Shown here one piece after another: positions 26,146-37,499 of a DNA stretch of 64,000 nt. Source of the DNA: Epiperipatus broadwayi (lineage: Eukaryota > Animalia > Onychophora); assembly GCA_028023455.1 (NCBI GenBank), contig JAQFVV010000003.1:11656001-11720000 (forward strand). Direction: 5' to 3'. The notes under the pieces are model-generated. The model saw nothing but the letters and a program-made list of their open reading frames with translations. It had not been told where the DNA came from and did no database searches. The stretch's first letter is position 1; the number at the start of each line of letters is the position of its first letter. Both the position numbers and the translations under genes were made by a program.

Positions 26146-27000
26146 AGGGAATTTGAACTCAGACTTTCAAACTTTCTATAACTATCCACTTCATCTTATA
26201 TAAATGTTACATCTGACCACACATGTGTAAAAGATAAATTATCTCCAATATACATATTTTGTGCTGAATCAGCACTCATCAGTTGGTTCAGATCATCACC
26301 TCCTACAGATATATACAATCAGTGCTCAGTTTATATTAAGGTAAAAAAATCAAACTGAAAAAAATAAAATTATACTTGTAGTATCCTGAAAAAAATAATC
26401 TAGATGTGTTTCAGAGTCATGAGGTGTGATAATCTGCCTCATTTATAATAAATAACTTGTTTAAAAATAAAGGAAGAATGTGAAAGCCATTCTGTACTTC
26501 AGCCATCCATATCATTAAACATCTGATGATGAAATGCTCAAACCCTTGTTGATGCCAATAGTGTGGTTATACCCATATTGCCCTTAAGTCATTCTGATCC
26601 CTCATATATATGACCATGGACATATTAAGATCATATATATGAGAAGTCAGAATGACTTAAGGTCAACATGAACATGACAACAATATTGGCATCAACAAGA
26701 GTTTGCACATTCCGTCATCATATTTTCAATGGTATAGATTGGCTGAAGAGTTGGAGGGTGGAGGATTGAAGTCAGTCCATTAAAGTTTGAAGATTTTCTA
26801 TCTTAATATAAATGGAGCATTGATTATATATCTGTGTGTGTTGGAGGTGATGATCTGGACCAACTGATGAGTGCTGGTTCAGCTTGTAATATGTGTATTG
26901 GAGATCATTTATCTTTTTCACATGTGTGTGGTCAGGTCTATTGGTTATATAAGATGGATTGCATAGCTGACAAAAGCTTAAGTCTGAATTCAAATCTGCT
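26146..27000. mobile_element. Palindromic non-autonomous DNA transposon, Kolobok-like
   Basis: TTAA at 26142-26145 and 27001-27004 flank AG...CT termini. Arms are reverse complementary to a 17-nt centre (26614-26630), with a ~130-bp extra block in the left arm. Confidence 0.7.
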
Positions 27001-28009
27001 TTAATTGCATTCATCTTATTAATATGCCACTGAATTATCACATGATTACTATGATAAATAAACTATCCTAATTTATCTAGCTCAGAGGCAGTGACAGACT
27101 AAACAAATACATTAGATTTATTCCTAGATAAGAAAAATAAAAACAAAATACAGTGCAGTATATGGCCATTTTAACTACAGAAAAAAAAAGACATGAATTT
27201 TGTGATAACTATACAAATCAAGTGAAACACAAATTCATTATCATAATATCATGTTAGTCCTTTAACCAGATTATTTGATATCTTGCAATGCTGCCTTTTA
27301 ACTTTTGCAAGGAACTTTTTTTTTAAAAAAAAAAAAAAACAAGATTCCAGCACCTTATCTAATGTAACTCTTTATTGCATTCTATTTTAGCTATTGACAT
27401 TTTTATAATGTAAACAAATTCGGTTATTACTAGAAAAAACATATCCAGAGTTTATTACAAAACATTTTTTTTTAGAAAATCTGCTATCATTTATTTACTT
27501 TGTAGAAGATTCCATATATATATATGAATACAATAGCTAGAATAAAGAAAATGATCACATAAAAGGAGGAACAAAAATTCATTATTACATTTCTAAAATT
27601 GAAGAATTAAAATGTATTTAAAAAAATATAATATAAAGTGACTTATAGCATTGATTAAAACAAAAAAATTTATTTCTTTTCATTATGCTATGATATAATA
27701 AATATTATATGCATATGAAAGATAGCTTAAGTTATATTTAAATTATTTTTATAAGAATTTATTAATATAAAATGTTGTATTGTAGTAGTGTTATTAGTGG
27801 AATAAAAAAGCAGTGATATAAATCCCTAATGATAGGATCTAAATGTGAAAAAAATAAATATCTTTGCAAGATTGGATTGTAAAAAAAATAGTTAAATAAA
27901 ATTTGAGATGTGCAAGAAAAAAGATCTTATGCTATGCATTATCTAGAAATGACTGTTGTTTATATAAAGTTTTTAAAACAAATTGTTATAGTTACGATAT
28001 GAAAAGCTG

Positions 28010-28058
28010 CTTCCGGAAGTGCCGGAATGCAGGAAAACTTTGCAGTGACAGGAAAACT
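28010..28058 (+). promoter_or_regulatory. Putative internal promoter: ETS-type CCGGAAGT plus repeated GGAA cores
   Basis: CCGGAAGT at 28013-28020 followed by CCGGAA and two CAGGAAAAC, ~100 nt upstream of the ORF1 ATG. Confidence 0.3.
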
Positions 28059-28114
28059 ATGAGAAACCAATTTCGATCTCAATCTTAGAGTCAAATAATA
28101 CATATTCCGATGTA

Positions 28115-30699
28115 ATGAACACGTCGGTGAAAGAATTGGAATTTTTGAGCCACTACCAAAAAAGTTATCCCGAAAAAACCTTGGGAACAGTGGCGCCATT
28201 GGAAAACAAAAATTCTCATAACGTAAATTTAAAATCCATCGGAGATAATTTTTCGTTAGATAATGATTCTCAGAAGGCAGAAAACTCCCTAAATATTAAA
28301 GCTAACCTAGCCAAATTTACTAAATCTATAGATTTTCTCTCAGAGAACAGTTCTCAGCCCAAAAGTTCCCTCTCTAAAGCCCAACAAGAATTTCACAACA
28401 ACAAATCTCCCACTTCGTTCTCCAACAAGAAGATAGATGGCAGTACAAAATTACAGATTATCCCAGATAAGTCTCAAAATTCCAAAACTAACACTTCCAA
28501 AAATAACAAATCAATAGATTACTTCCCTATGAACAGTTCTAAATCTAAAATGACTCAACCCACTACAGTAAAAATGAGTTACACCAACTTATCTACAACT
28601 TCAATTACTAAGGAAAAGGTTGACTTTGGTTCAATGTTACAGAAAGCTCTGGAATTTGTTACTGATGAGATTGGATTTGAAACTAATGATCTAGAAGCAT
28701 CCCAATCCAAAAATCATTGATGGCAAATAAGACACCCATGGATTCTGCAACCACATCTAATTCGAAATTTCAAGCAACACAGCCCTCTCACTTCTTTAAA
28801 CCTTCACCTAGAAATAAATCATCAACCAATGAAGCTAAGTGCACCAATAAACTTTCTCTAGATAGCTTCTCATACCCCAAAAATTACTCCAATAGATTTC
28901 TAAGCTCAGATTTCCCTGAATTAAGTGCCAACTCTGAATCTAGACTGAATGGCTATTTGTCCAAGAGTAATCTTATGAAGTCTGACATTACATTGGGCAA
29001 CAGCATCTGTAGGTCAGACTCTGATCTCTCTAGTGATACAACTAACACTGTTGAGACTTTTGAAGACAGAGCCTTATCGGAAAAAATCCCTAAATATAAT
29101 ACTGCCCGATTAAGCCCGAAACCAATGTCTTATGCAGAAAAAGCTGCTATAAATCTTAAACCTCCAACATTACTCATGGCCTCCAGACAAGGCAATATAG
29201 ATGGAGGGTCTCAAATGGACTTATTCTCCAAGGCTATTCTCATCATAGATAATGAGGAGGTAGAATCACCTCAAGCAACTTTAGAAGACTACTCACCTAA
29301 TCAGAAGGTCAATCACCCATGTGATTTATCGATACATGGCAAAATTAATGAGAGGTTTAACCAGTCGGTCCCAGCCCTACTACCCAAAACATTCAAAAAT
29401 TAGAAAAATGATAATGCTGTGATTTTATCCACAACCGACAGAAACCTCAACCTATTTAAATTCCCTGTCCAAGACTTATATGATTTATTTAAAATGCACG
29501 GTCTTTGGAATTCAATATATAAGATTCTGCTTCACCTTAATGATAGATACATGATTATCCAATTTAAAAATGTTATCGCCAAAGAGGCATTCGGTAATAA
29601 TCACAAATCACTTGTTAACCGATACCTGGTTACTATTGATTTAAACTGCCCCACAATCTTAGAGGGAAAAATGCGTAATTGTGGGAAGGACTTTGAGAGG
29701 GCTGACCTCCAAAAAATTCTCTTCCCCCTTTGGCAGTATTGTCTCATTTAATTATATTCTGGAGAAACAAGCAGACTCTGAAGTGTATACTAATGTGGCC
29801 CTGTTTAGGATTAGTCTAGGCAAAGGTATTTCTCCCTTGTCTATCCCAAGTCTGATCGAAGATAATGAAGCCCCCCTCATAATAATACTCCATGGAGTGT
29901 CTCCCCAGTGTTTTTCTTGTAAGCAACAAGGGCATATTAGGAGGAATTGCCAAGACCGCAAATGTAAACTATGTGGACAAATCCCTAAAAAATACCACAA
30001 ATGTACCATCAAAAGCATGCCACAAATGCTTCAACCACCAGTTAGAACCACAGCCAATTCATCTAAATATCTTGCCACTCCTTCAAGAGAAACTGTGATG
30101 GCTGGACAATTAGTCTCTTTGCCTAATCCACAAGGGATGGCCAGAGATAAGAAAACTCTGATGAGCTACGACTGCCAGAACAGCTCACTCAGCTGGACGG
30201 AGATAAGTTAGATGAAACATTATCTGAAGATGAAGATGATGACCATGTAATGACCTCTGCTGATGAGGTAGTTATCAACAACAGACCCTGGTCCCCCCAG
30301 CCCCAATGCAAAAGGAAAAATAGGAATGGTAAATCTAGGGCATCACCAGTGAACTCCACTGCCAGTGATGACAGCCTAACTATGCTGGTTTCTACAGATC
30401 ATTACAACCTCTTGAGGTCTGAATCCAGACCTAGAGAAAAGAAGATCAGATACACAGGCCCTGCAACAACCTTTTCTCCAGTAGGGGAATCAGTTATCCC
30501 TGAGTCAGACTGCTCTAAATGCACCATTCATTTGGATAGGTCTGGTCCCTTCTCAGCATTGGTTGGGGATGAATCACAGTTGGACCAAGCATGTGTGGTC
30601 TCTCCACACTCTGGAGAGAACCCTGATCTGAACAAATTCAGTTCTAATAAGGTCAGGCCTCCCGAGGATGGGGAAGTCGATCAGATCATTCCCGTTTAA
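28115..30699 (+). pseudogene. LINE ORF1 (gag-like nucleic-acid-binding protein, ~860 aa reconstructed), disrupted
   Basis: Five track ORFs join via a TGATG stop/start at 28718-28722, an in-frame TAG at 29401-29403, +1 C in the C5 run at 29724-29728 (restores LFPFGSIV), and a 1-nt loss near 30150. Contains CFSCKQQGHIRRNC (CX2CX4HX4C) and CKLC...HKC. Confidence 0.85.
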
Positions 30700-33600
30700 C
30701 ATAGTCTCTATCAATGTCCGAGGTCTGAACTCTCGTGACAGAGCCCATGCTCTAGCACATTGGTTCCATCATTCTGGCCTGGACATTCTCTGCCTTTGTG
30801 AGACAAAGCTACATGTGAAATCAGACTCTCAAGTTATCAACCTTATTCACAGTTTGGGTTACTTCCATTACAGCTACTCTACCTCAGCTTCTGGGGGAGT
30901 TGCCATAGTTATTAATAAAAGATCCCTAATATCTCTTTTCAAGATTCTACATATCGATTCCAATTGCCTTATTGCCATAGTACAATTTGGAGGATGGTCC
31001 CTGAATTTAGTGAATGTTTATTTGTCAAAAGATTCACAACTTGTTCATAGTGTAATTCATATAATTAATTCCACTCTCAGGACAAGTCCTCTACCAACGG
31101 TGATTATTGGGGACTTTAACCACTCATATGAACTATTTCAATCAAAGTTCCTTCGGTGCTTGACTCAACCCTTGATTAGTGGTAGAATTTTTTTTCCCCA
31201 ATCAGCATTCTCTTTTTATACCAGAACAACTTCTTCATTAATAGATCTTACATTCTTCTCTCCATCTCTCTCCTCCATCCTGGAGGCCCATCTCTGGCCA
31301 ACTGTTCTATCAGACCACTTTGCTTTAGAGGTAAGAATCAATCCCAGTACTATCACTCAAACAGCAATTGATATGCCTCGGACCATCAGGATGCTCACTA
31401 AATACAACATCACAATTCAATTAATATCAGAATCCTACATCACTTTCAATAGGGTGCAACTTCTTTCTCTCCCTGCACATATTGCCTGGAGTGTCTTTGT
31501 CAATTCATTAACAGACCTGATTAACCGATGCACTAGTGAATCCAAGGGTCCAATTCAGATGCTTAGTGAGCTGGACTCAATTTCCAGAGAATTAAAACAA
31601 CTCCCCGATGTAGCTCAGAATATCCCAAACATCCTAATACTAAAGGCTAAATACAGATTCTTACAGAGAGCAGTTGCTGAATATCTCTCAGTCAAAAGGG
31701 CCCATCAATACATTCACCATCAACATTGCTGGACCAGGGGCTATCTCAGATGGGCCCTTGGATATGGCAAAAAGTCCAAGGCCCCAAGATCGATCGAGGT
31801 ACAGGGCAACAGCTTTGCAGGAACATCCATGTTGGCCAGGATTCGTGAACACTACTGCAGGAAATTCCAACCCTTTGGTGTGTCAAACTTGCGTAAAAAA
31901 TTTATCACAGAAAGTTCTGCCACTCACAAAATCACCGAGGCCAGAATTCTTCTAAAACTCAAGTCCATGCCTGACAGAACGCATCCTGGCCTGCATGGCA
32001 TTCCTAAGTTTTTACTGCTTCATCTTCGATCTTTCACGATCCCTATAGTCAAGAGAATGGTGGATCTTCTGGCAGATGACTGCAGAGAGATTGATGGGGT
32101 TTGTCCAATCGCCATGGTTCCTCTTATCAAAAAGTGGGAGGCACCACATGATTTGGAGAATCTCCATCCGATCTCAATGCTTCCTTTACTGACCAAGTCA
32201 ATAGAAAGCCTCATCAAAGAGGATATACAAGATAACATCATTAGTCATCTTTCATCTTATCAATTTGCCAAGAGAGGGAGCTCGACTGCCGATGCCGTCA
32301 GCCGATTTCGTCTTCTGGTTGACTATGTTCGTAGAAAAAGAAACCCCAGACCAGTCGCAATTCAACTTGACTTTGCTGGGGCCTTTGACTGTGTCAAGAT
32401 CGATGTGTTACTCAGTGTATTGGAGGGGCTCCAAGTACCTGCAGCTTACCTCCAAATGAAAGAGAACCTCCTGAAAAATCGTGAAATATTTCTCTCTTTG
32501 GATGGCAGAGTTGCCCCAGGATTTTGGCCCTGTATTTCCATCCCACAGGGCTCACCTCTGAATGCTCTCCTCTTTGCTGCCTACATCAACCCACTGCTGT
32601 TACGCATAGAGGCTTCTTTCCCTGGAATTGCAATACCTATGCTGAAGGAGAACATATGCCACATCTCATATATGGATGATGTGGTAGTATTCCTTTCATC
32701 CCAGAGTGAGTTGGTGGGGCTCAGGAAACTCTTGGACCAGTTTGCAAGCGAATTCGGTCTCAGCGTTAACAGAGAGAAGTCGGCTATCTGGACAATCCTC
32801 ACTGGCAAGAAGATCTCTGGCTGGTTTGAGGCCTCCCCCCAAAAATTTCTTGGGTTCCATCTGGCCTCTCCCCCTTCCATCATGAGGAGAGATCTGGAAA
32901 ATTCCCTAATCAACAAGATTGAAGGCTTAATTACTTCATTATCCAAGGTTTATCTTTCTCTGTTTGGGAAGGTAGCCCTCCTAAATTCAGTGGTTTTACC
33001 CAAAATTTTATATTACTTGGCCGGTTTCTCCCCAACAATTAGATTTACCAAACGAATCGAAACCCTATGCAGGAGATTGTGCTGGGGGAGCAAAGCTCCT
33101 GTCATCAGTCTGAACGTGCTTCAAAAACCAAAACTCCTCAATGGCCTCGGACTCCATTCTCTCAAAGTCTTCTATCTCCAAAGAACCCATAACATTCTCT
33201 ATAAGATCTTTAAAGATAACCTAGAGATGGAATGCCCTTTCCCAATAGAGGTGGATCCTACCGATCGGCCCCCTCCTAAGCTGCATAAACTTTGGATCCA
33301 ACATCAAGTGTCTATCACTGTTCAAAACTTTAGAACATCGAGTTCACTATTCCAAAATAAACTATCCTACTGGCAAGTCTACCAATTGGTTTCAGAGGGC
33401 AAAACCAAAACCGGTAATGTACTTCCAATTGGAATACCGCAACTCTCAAAGATAACAAAATTACTCAAACTAAGTCCCAAGTTTGTTGACTTTCTCCTGA
33501 AGGTCAACCTGGGGGCTCTTCCTACTGCAGCCTTCCTTTGTTATCAAAGGGGATATAATATCGACCCCCTCTGCCCTTTATGCATGAAACAGGAGGAGTC

Positions 33601-33916
33601 CATGGTCCATATTCTTGATTATTGTGGATCATGGACATACCTACGTAACCTAGCACTGAATAGAACCAACAATTCAGACCCTGCCTACATCATGCTCAAG
33701 CCTGCATTCGAAAAAAGAAACATTCCATTGATACGTCTTGCCACGTTTATTAACTTTTCAATCTGGTCAGTCAGATGTATAGTCACATTCAATAAAGGTT
33801 GTGACGACCCCATTGATAAACTCTTCTTCAGTACCCTGTGTAAAATTAAAGAGGATGATAAATGCACTGGTCAACCCTGGTTGGTGGACCAGACATGGGG
33901 ACAGTTTAGACTTTAA
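30668..33916 (+). CDS. LINE ORF2: APE endonuclease + reverse transcriptase + C-terminal zinc finger (1082 aa)
   Basis: Endonuclease motifs NVRGLN, LCETK, IGDFN, IDL, SDH; RT motifs LDFAGAFD, QGSPL, YMDD, FGLSVNREKS, KFLG; C-terminal CPLCMKQEESMVHILDYC. Uninterrupted ORF. Confidence 0.95.
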   Translation: MGKSIRSFPFNIVSINVRGLNSRDRAHALAHWFHHSGLDILCLCETKLHVKSDSQVINLIHSLGYFHYSYSTSASGGVAIVINKRSLISLFKILHIDSNCLIAIVQFGGWSLNLVNVYLSKDSQLVHSVIHIINSTLRTSPLPTVIIGDFNHSYELFQSKFLRCLTQPLISGRIFFPQSAFSFYTRTTSSLIDLTFFSPSLSSILEAHLWPTVLSDHFALEVRINPSTITQTAIDMPRTIRMLTKYNITIQLISESYITFNRVQLLSLPAHIAWSVFVNSLTDLINRCTSESKGPIQMLSELDSISRELKQLPDVAQNIPNILILKAKYRFLQRAVAEYLSVKRAHQYIHHQHCWTRGYLRWALGYGKKSKAPRSIEVQGNSFAGTSMLARIREHYCRKFQPFGVSNLRKKFITESSATHKITEARILLKLKSMPDRTHPGLHGIPKFLLLHLRSFTIPIVKRMVDLLADDCREIDGVCPIAMVPLIKKWEAPHDLENLHPISMLPLLTKSIESLIKEDIQDNIISHLSSYQFAKRGSSTADAVSRFRLLVDYVRRKRNPRPVAIQLDFAGAFDCVKIDVLLSVLEGLQVPAAYLQMKENLLKNREIFLSLDGRVAPGFWPCISIPQGSPLNALLFAAYINPLLLRIEASFPGIAIPMLKENICHISYMDDVVVFLSSQSELVGLRKLLDQFASEFGLSVNREKSAIWTILTGKKISGWFEASPQKFLGFHLASPPSIMRRDLENSLINKIEGLITSLSKVYLSLFGKVALLNSVVLPKILYYLAGFSPTIRFTKRIETLCRRLCWGSKAPVISLNVLQKPKLLNGLGLHSLKVFYLQRTHNILYKIFKDNLEMECPFPIEVDPTDRPPPKLHKLWIQHQVSITVQNFRTSSSLFQNKLSYWQVYQLVSEGKTKTGNVLPIGIPQLSKITKLLKLSPKFVDFLLKVNLGALPTAAFLCYQRGYNIDPLCPLCMKQEESMVHILDYCGSWTYLRNLALNRTNNSDPAYIMLKPAFEKRNIPLIRLATFINFSIWSVRCIVTFNKGCDDPIDKLFFSTLCKIKEDDKCTGQPWLVDQTWGQFRL

Positions 33917-34399
33917 TCACATCACCGTACCGATCTCAACCGTCTGTACCCACAGAAAGCCTAAATCCAGGAGCTCACTATCCCAGATCAAAACTTGATT
34001 GAACTCTACTCAAAGGATTCAGCTATACTGAATCTTAACCTTATGAATTGCTTAATTGATGGACTATCTCACTCACCTTTTGCTTATAAAAAAAAAAACT
34101 CATAAGTTGTAATTGATTTCAATTGTAGCTGTTTATGTTCCTAGAATTAGACCTAAATAGAATGCAAATAAATTTGTTGCTGAAAGTAAAACAAATTGTT
34201 ATCACTTACTGGTCTTTATTGTTTCACTTTTTTTTGTTCTACAATTTTAGTTATCATTTATTTATTTATTTTTTGGCATAAAGACAAAAGCTTGCAATAT
34301 TTATGGAATTGAATAAATACTGTTGAATCAATTTTCAAACAATTTTCTTTCTCAATTATTTTTATAAGTTATTTGCCAAATTATGGAAATTCAGAAACA

Positions 34400-34590
34400 G
34401 TTTAAAGTATGAATTCCATAGATGTGATTTATACAAAGATATGGCAACATGAATGAAGTTCGAAGGATCTATGAATTAAAGAACTTGGCAATTCAAAGAC
34501 TCTTATGAATCAATGAAGAAGACTAGAGTTATTGAGTGTGATATGATCTCAAGATCTCTTTAAACAAATCACGTGACCATAATTTAAGGA
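34400..34590 (+). mobile_element. Possible degenerate CR1/L2-type LINE 3' fragment
   Basis: Stop-riddled frame ...KELGNSKTLMNQ*RRLELL...DLFKQITxDHNLR resembles the LxxLxxRR...LF...HxxR tail of such ORF2s. Confidence 0.3.
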
Positions 34591-36145
34591 ATGCTTTTCA
34601 AAAAAAACCCTCCATTTATACTGCTCCAGTTGTGCCATTCATTGTAAGTGTCAATAAGTGATTTATTAAACATTTGTCTATTCATATCCTATCTATAACC
34701 ACAGATTTTTTTTTTTGCTTATGGTTTTTATCTATAGAAGTTTTGGATTTGAATTTATTATCAGGAATTTTAAGATCCAAAAAATGCAAGTGCATTAGTT
34801 TCAGAGTCCTCCCTCTCAGTTATTTTAATCAAACATAAAAATCTTACATAAGAGAATTTTCATATAAGATACTGTACCAGTCGAAAAACCCACCAAAAGA
34901 ACTGCAAGTTGGATCAAAACTCAGCTGGTTCAAACTGAATTCAAACCAACTCACCAGCTCAGATTAATAGAAATCTAAACCGACAGCACAGTGCTATGCT
35001 CCAAGATACTAGCTCAATGGTTGGTGAAGATTAGAGATCCCTGAACTAACACTAATATCTGATAATAAACTGACTAAAATAATTTTAAATCGAATCATAT
35101 GTATATGTTCGGGTTGCCAACACAGGCAGCGAGTATTAACATTAAAATAATCATAAAAGAATTAAGAACTAAGAAACCAAGTGTGTTTAGAAAATATTTA
35201 ATAATAACAATTTGTTTTGTTTGAATTTTAAATGCAGATTAAATTAATTAATTCTAATCCTTAAACAAAGTTTATAATTATAAATACGAGTGGCGGTCCT
35301 TATTATATGCCAATGAATATTACGCAATATTTGAATGTCTATGTCTATGATCCCAACAAGGGAATTATTACTCTAATATTATACCGAAAGAATGTAATAT
35401 TTATTTTCACATTCACAAATCCATTCATGAAGAGCAAGATACGTATTTTAGGGCATAACTTTAATCTTTATTGGAAAACTTATTTAATTAAATATAACTG
35501 ATAATTTGTTCGACTTTAATTGAAATCACTTCGTCACGAATTACGAGCATCAGAGCAGGCTTTACTGGAACAGAGAGGTAACGGTGCTGACGAATTATGA
35601 GCTATAAAATGAAATTGAAAGATAATAGCTAGTCGATAATCGAAGTCCTATGGCGGCTTGCATCTGACAAGTCTTATGCCCTTTGACTAATATGAACAGG
35701 AGAGGAAGTGCTTTCTTCCTCGATAATTTAAAATAACAGAAATATGATCACCGACCAGCCTAACAGAGCGGAAGATTGCCCTATGTCAGCAACATTTGAA
35801 GATGATGACTTGATAGTCATCATTTGAATACTAAAACCCATACAGAATGCTCTACGTGATGACTTGATCAATTAATTAAAGTCAAACGAGCTTTTAACGA
35901 AAACTATTTTAAAGTATTTGTAAATCTTATTAATTATGCCCCAATGATTGTGCCCTTCCTGAATCTTAAATAACAAAGTTGAATTAGAATATATTTGATC
36001 CTTTATCGGCCCTTTTGCAATAAAAACATTTTAAGATTAGATATGAATAAATACATATTGGTGAATACAAAAAATAGCCGGGGCATAGATTAAAAACGGA
36101 GCTAATAATTTATTATTAGCCAATTATAAAAATAACACACATTTA

Positions 36146-36279
36146 ATAATCTCTTTCGACTCGATAATTGATAGAACGGTAAATCTAGTTCTAATGGGCA
36201 AGAATTACTATTAGAATTAATATATTATTATTTGCACAAGGCAATGGAAACAAAGGAGATCATCGAGTCGAAAGATTAT
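36146..36279. repeat. Small inverted repeat (MITE-like)
   Basis: ATAATCTCTTTCGACTCGAT (36146-36165) versus ATCGAGTCGAAAGATTAT (36262-36279). Confidence 0.55.
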
Positions 36280-37499
36280 TGGCATATAATTAAAAATAAA
36301 TGACATTAATAAATCACACGATATATATAATATAGTAAATGAACCACCAAGTAAGAAAAGAGAAAGTTTAAAGACTAGAGGTTGAGAGAACTATGATATA
36401 AATTTACAGTAGCATGAATAAAAGGTTTTATAAAGATTGTTACATTAAAGAATAAAAGAGCTCTAAAAGGGAGTGTAAAGTAAAGTTCGAAACTGGCCAG
36501 AAAGTTTAAGGTTCATTATGGAAACATATTACCCATTTCTTCCGGGGCTGGTTCTTAGTTTACACATCTGGGTTGGTAAAAAAACATAGGCATGCATTTA
36601 GTCGATTACTGGAACAGCATTTTAGTGGCTTTTCATAATTTTAGCAGCATGATTGGTCCGGAAAAGATTCAGCAGCTCCATTGAAGATTTTCAGGGGACT
36701 TCAGGAATCGATAGCCAGATTCCTGACGTTTAGCCCTTACCATGATCGAAACACTATTTAAAATGCACAAAGTTTACTGCACTTCTCTACAACAAAGATG
36801 GCTTTTCCAAAATTTTCAGAGCTATATATGTATATTTGATGCCTTCGGGCTAGCGCTTCTTTCATTATCAATGTTTTTAGATTTACTGGTTGTTTTTAGA
36901 TATATTCCTTCGATAAGGCTTTCTAATTCATTAACTTGAATTCATTTTCTAACCCTAATTAAAATCAGAAATGATTTTAATTAGGAAATCCTTATCTTTT
37001 TTTCTAATTAATAAAACTTTAACTGTTGTTTTTGGAAAAGGAAAATCTGAAAGCTTATCGAAAGAATGTAGTTTTTAATCAATAAAACTTTAACAAATTA
37101 TTTAAAAATAAAATCAAACATTCCCGACGCAATGAAACTTTTAAACAATTATATATATTTAAATTTTTACAAATATATATGCACAATCCACGCAGTTATA
37201 ATATATAAATTCATGAATAATTCTATCATGAATTTATTAATAGAATTGATCAATTTAAATCTGAAACTAATTAATTTTAATACGCATTTATGAAATAAGT
37301 TATTCTTTATGGAAATTAGCATGGATTGAACATATAAAGCCCCATTGCATCAGAAATTTAAGGTTAGTACTAGGGTTTGAAGTGGGCTTATGGCTAAATG
37401 TCATGAAGCTAGGATCGAACTCAGATCCGACTGCTTCAATACATGCTAATGAAAAAAAAGAGACAAAAATTAACAATAACAGTATTCCCTATTGATATT

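Larger units (their letters stand above)
27990..34098 (+). mobile_element. Near full-length L1/Tx1-type non-LTR retrotransposon
   Basis: CpG-containing 5' UTR, ORF1 with zinc knuckles, overlapping ORF2 (APE-RT-CCHC), A11 tail at 34088-34098. 5' boundary approximate; no TSD found. Confidence 0.92.

Noticed and set aside
296-27041. Many 60-90 aa track ORFs rich in F/I/L/K/Y/N
   Set aside because: Expected by chance in ~75% AT DNA; no motifs apart from those assigned to transposon remnants.
31674-33867. Track ORFs overlapping or antisense to LINE ORF2 (e.g. 32581-32946 minus, 31674-31955 plus)
   Set aside because: Shadow frames of a higher-GC coding region with no recognisable motifs.
35795-35870. 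RTGATGA box-C-like motifs (snoRNA?)
   Set aside because: No CTGA D box at a suitable distance and no terminal stem.
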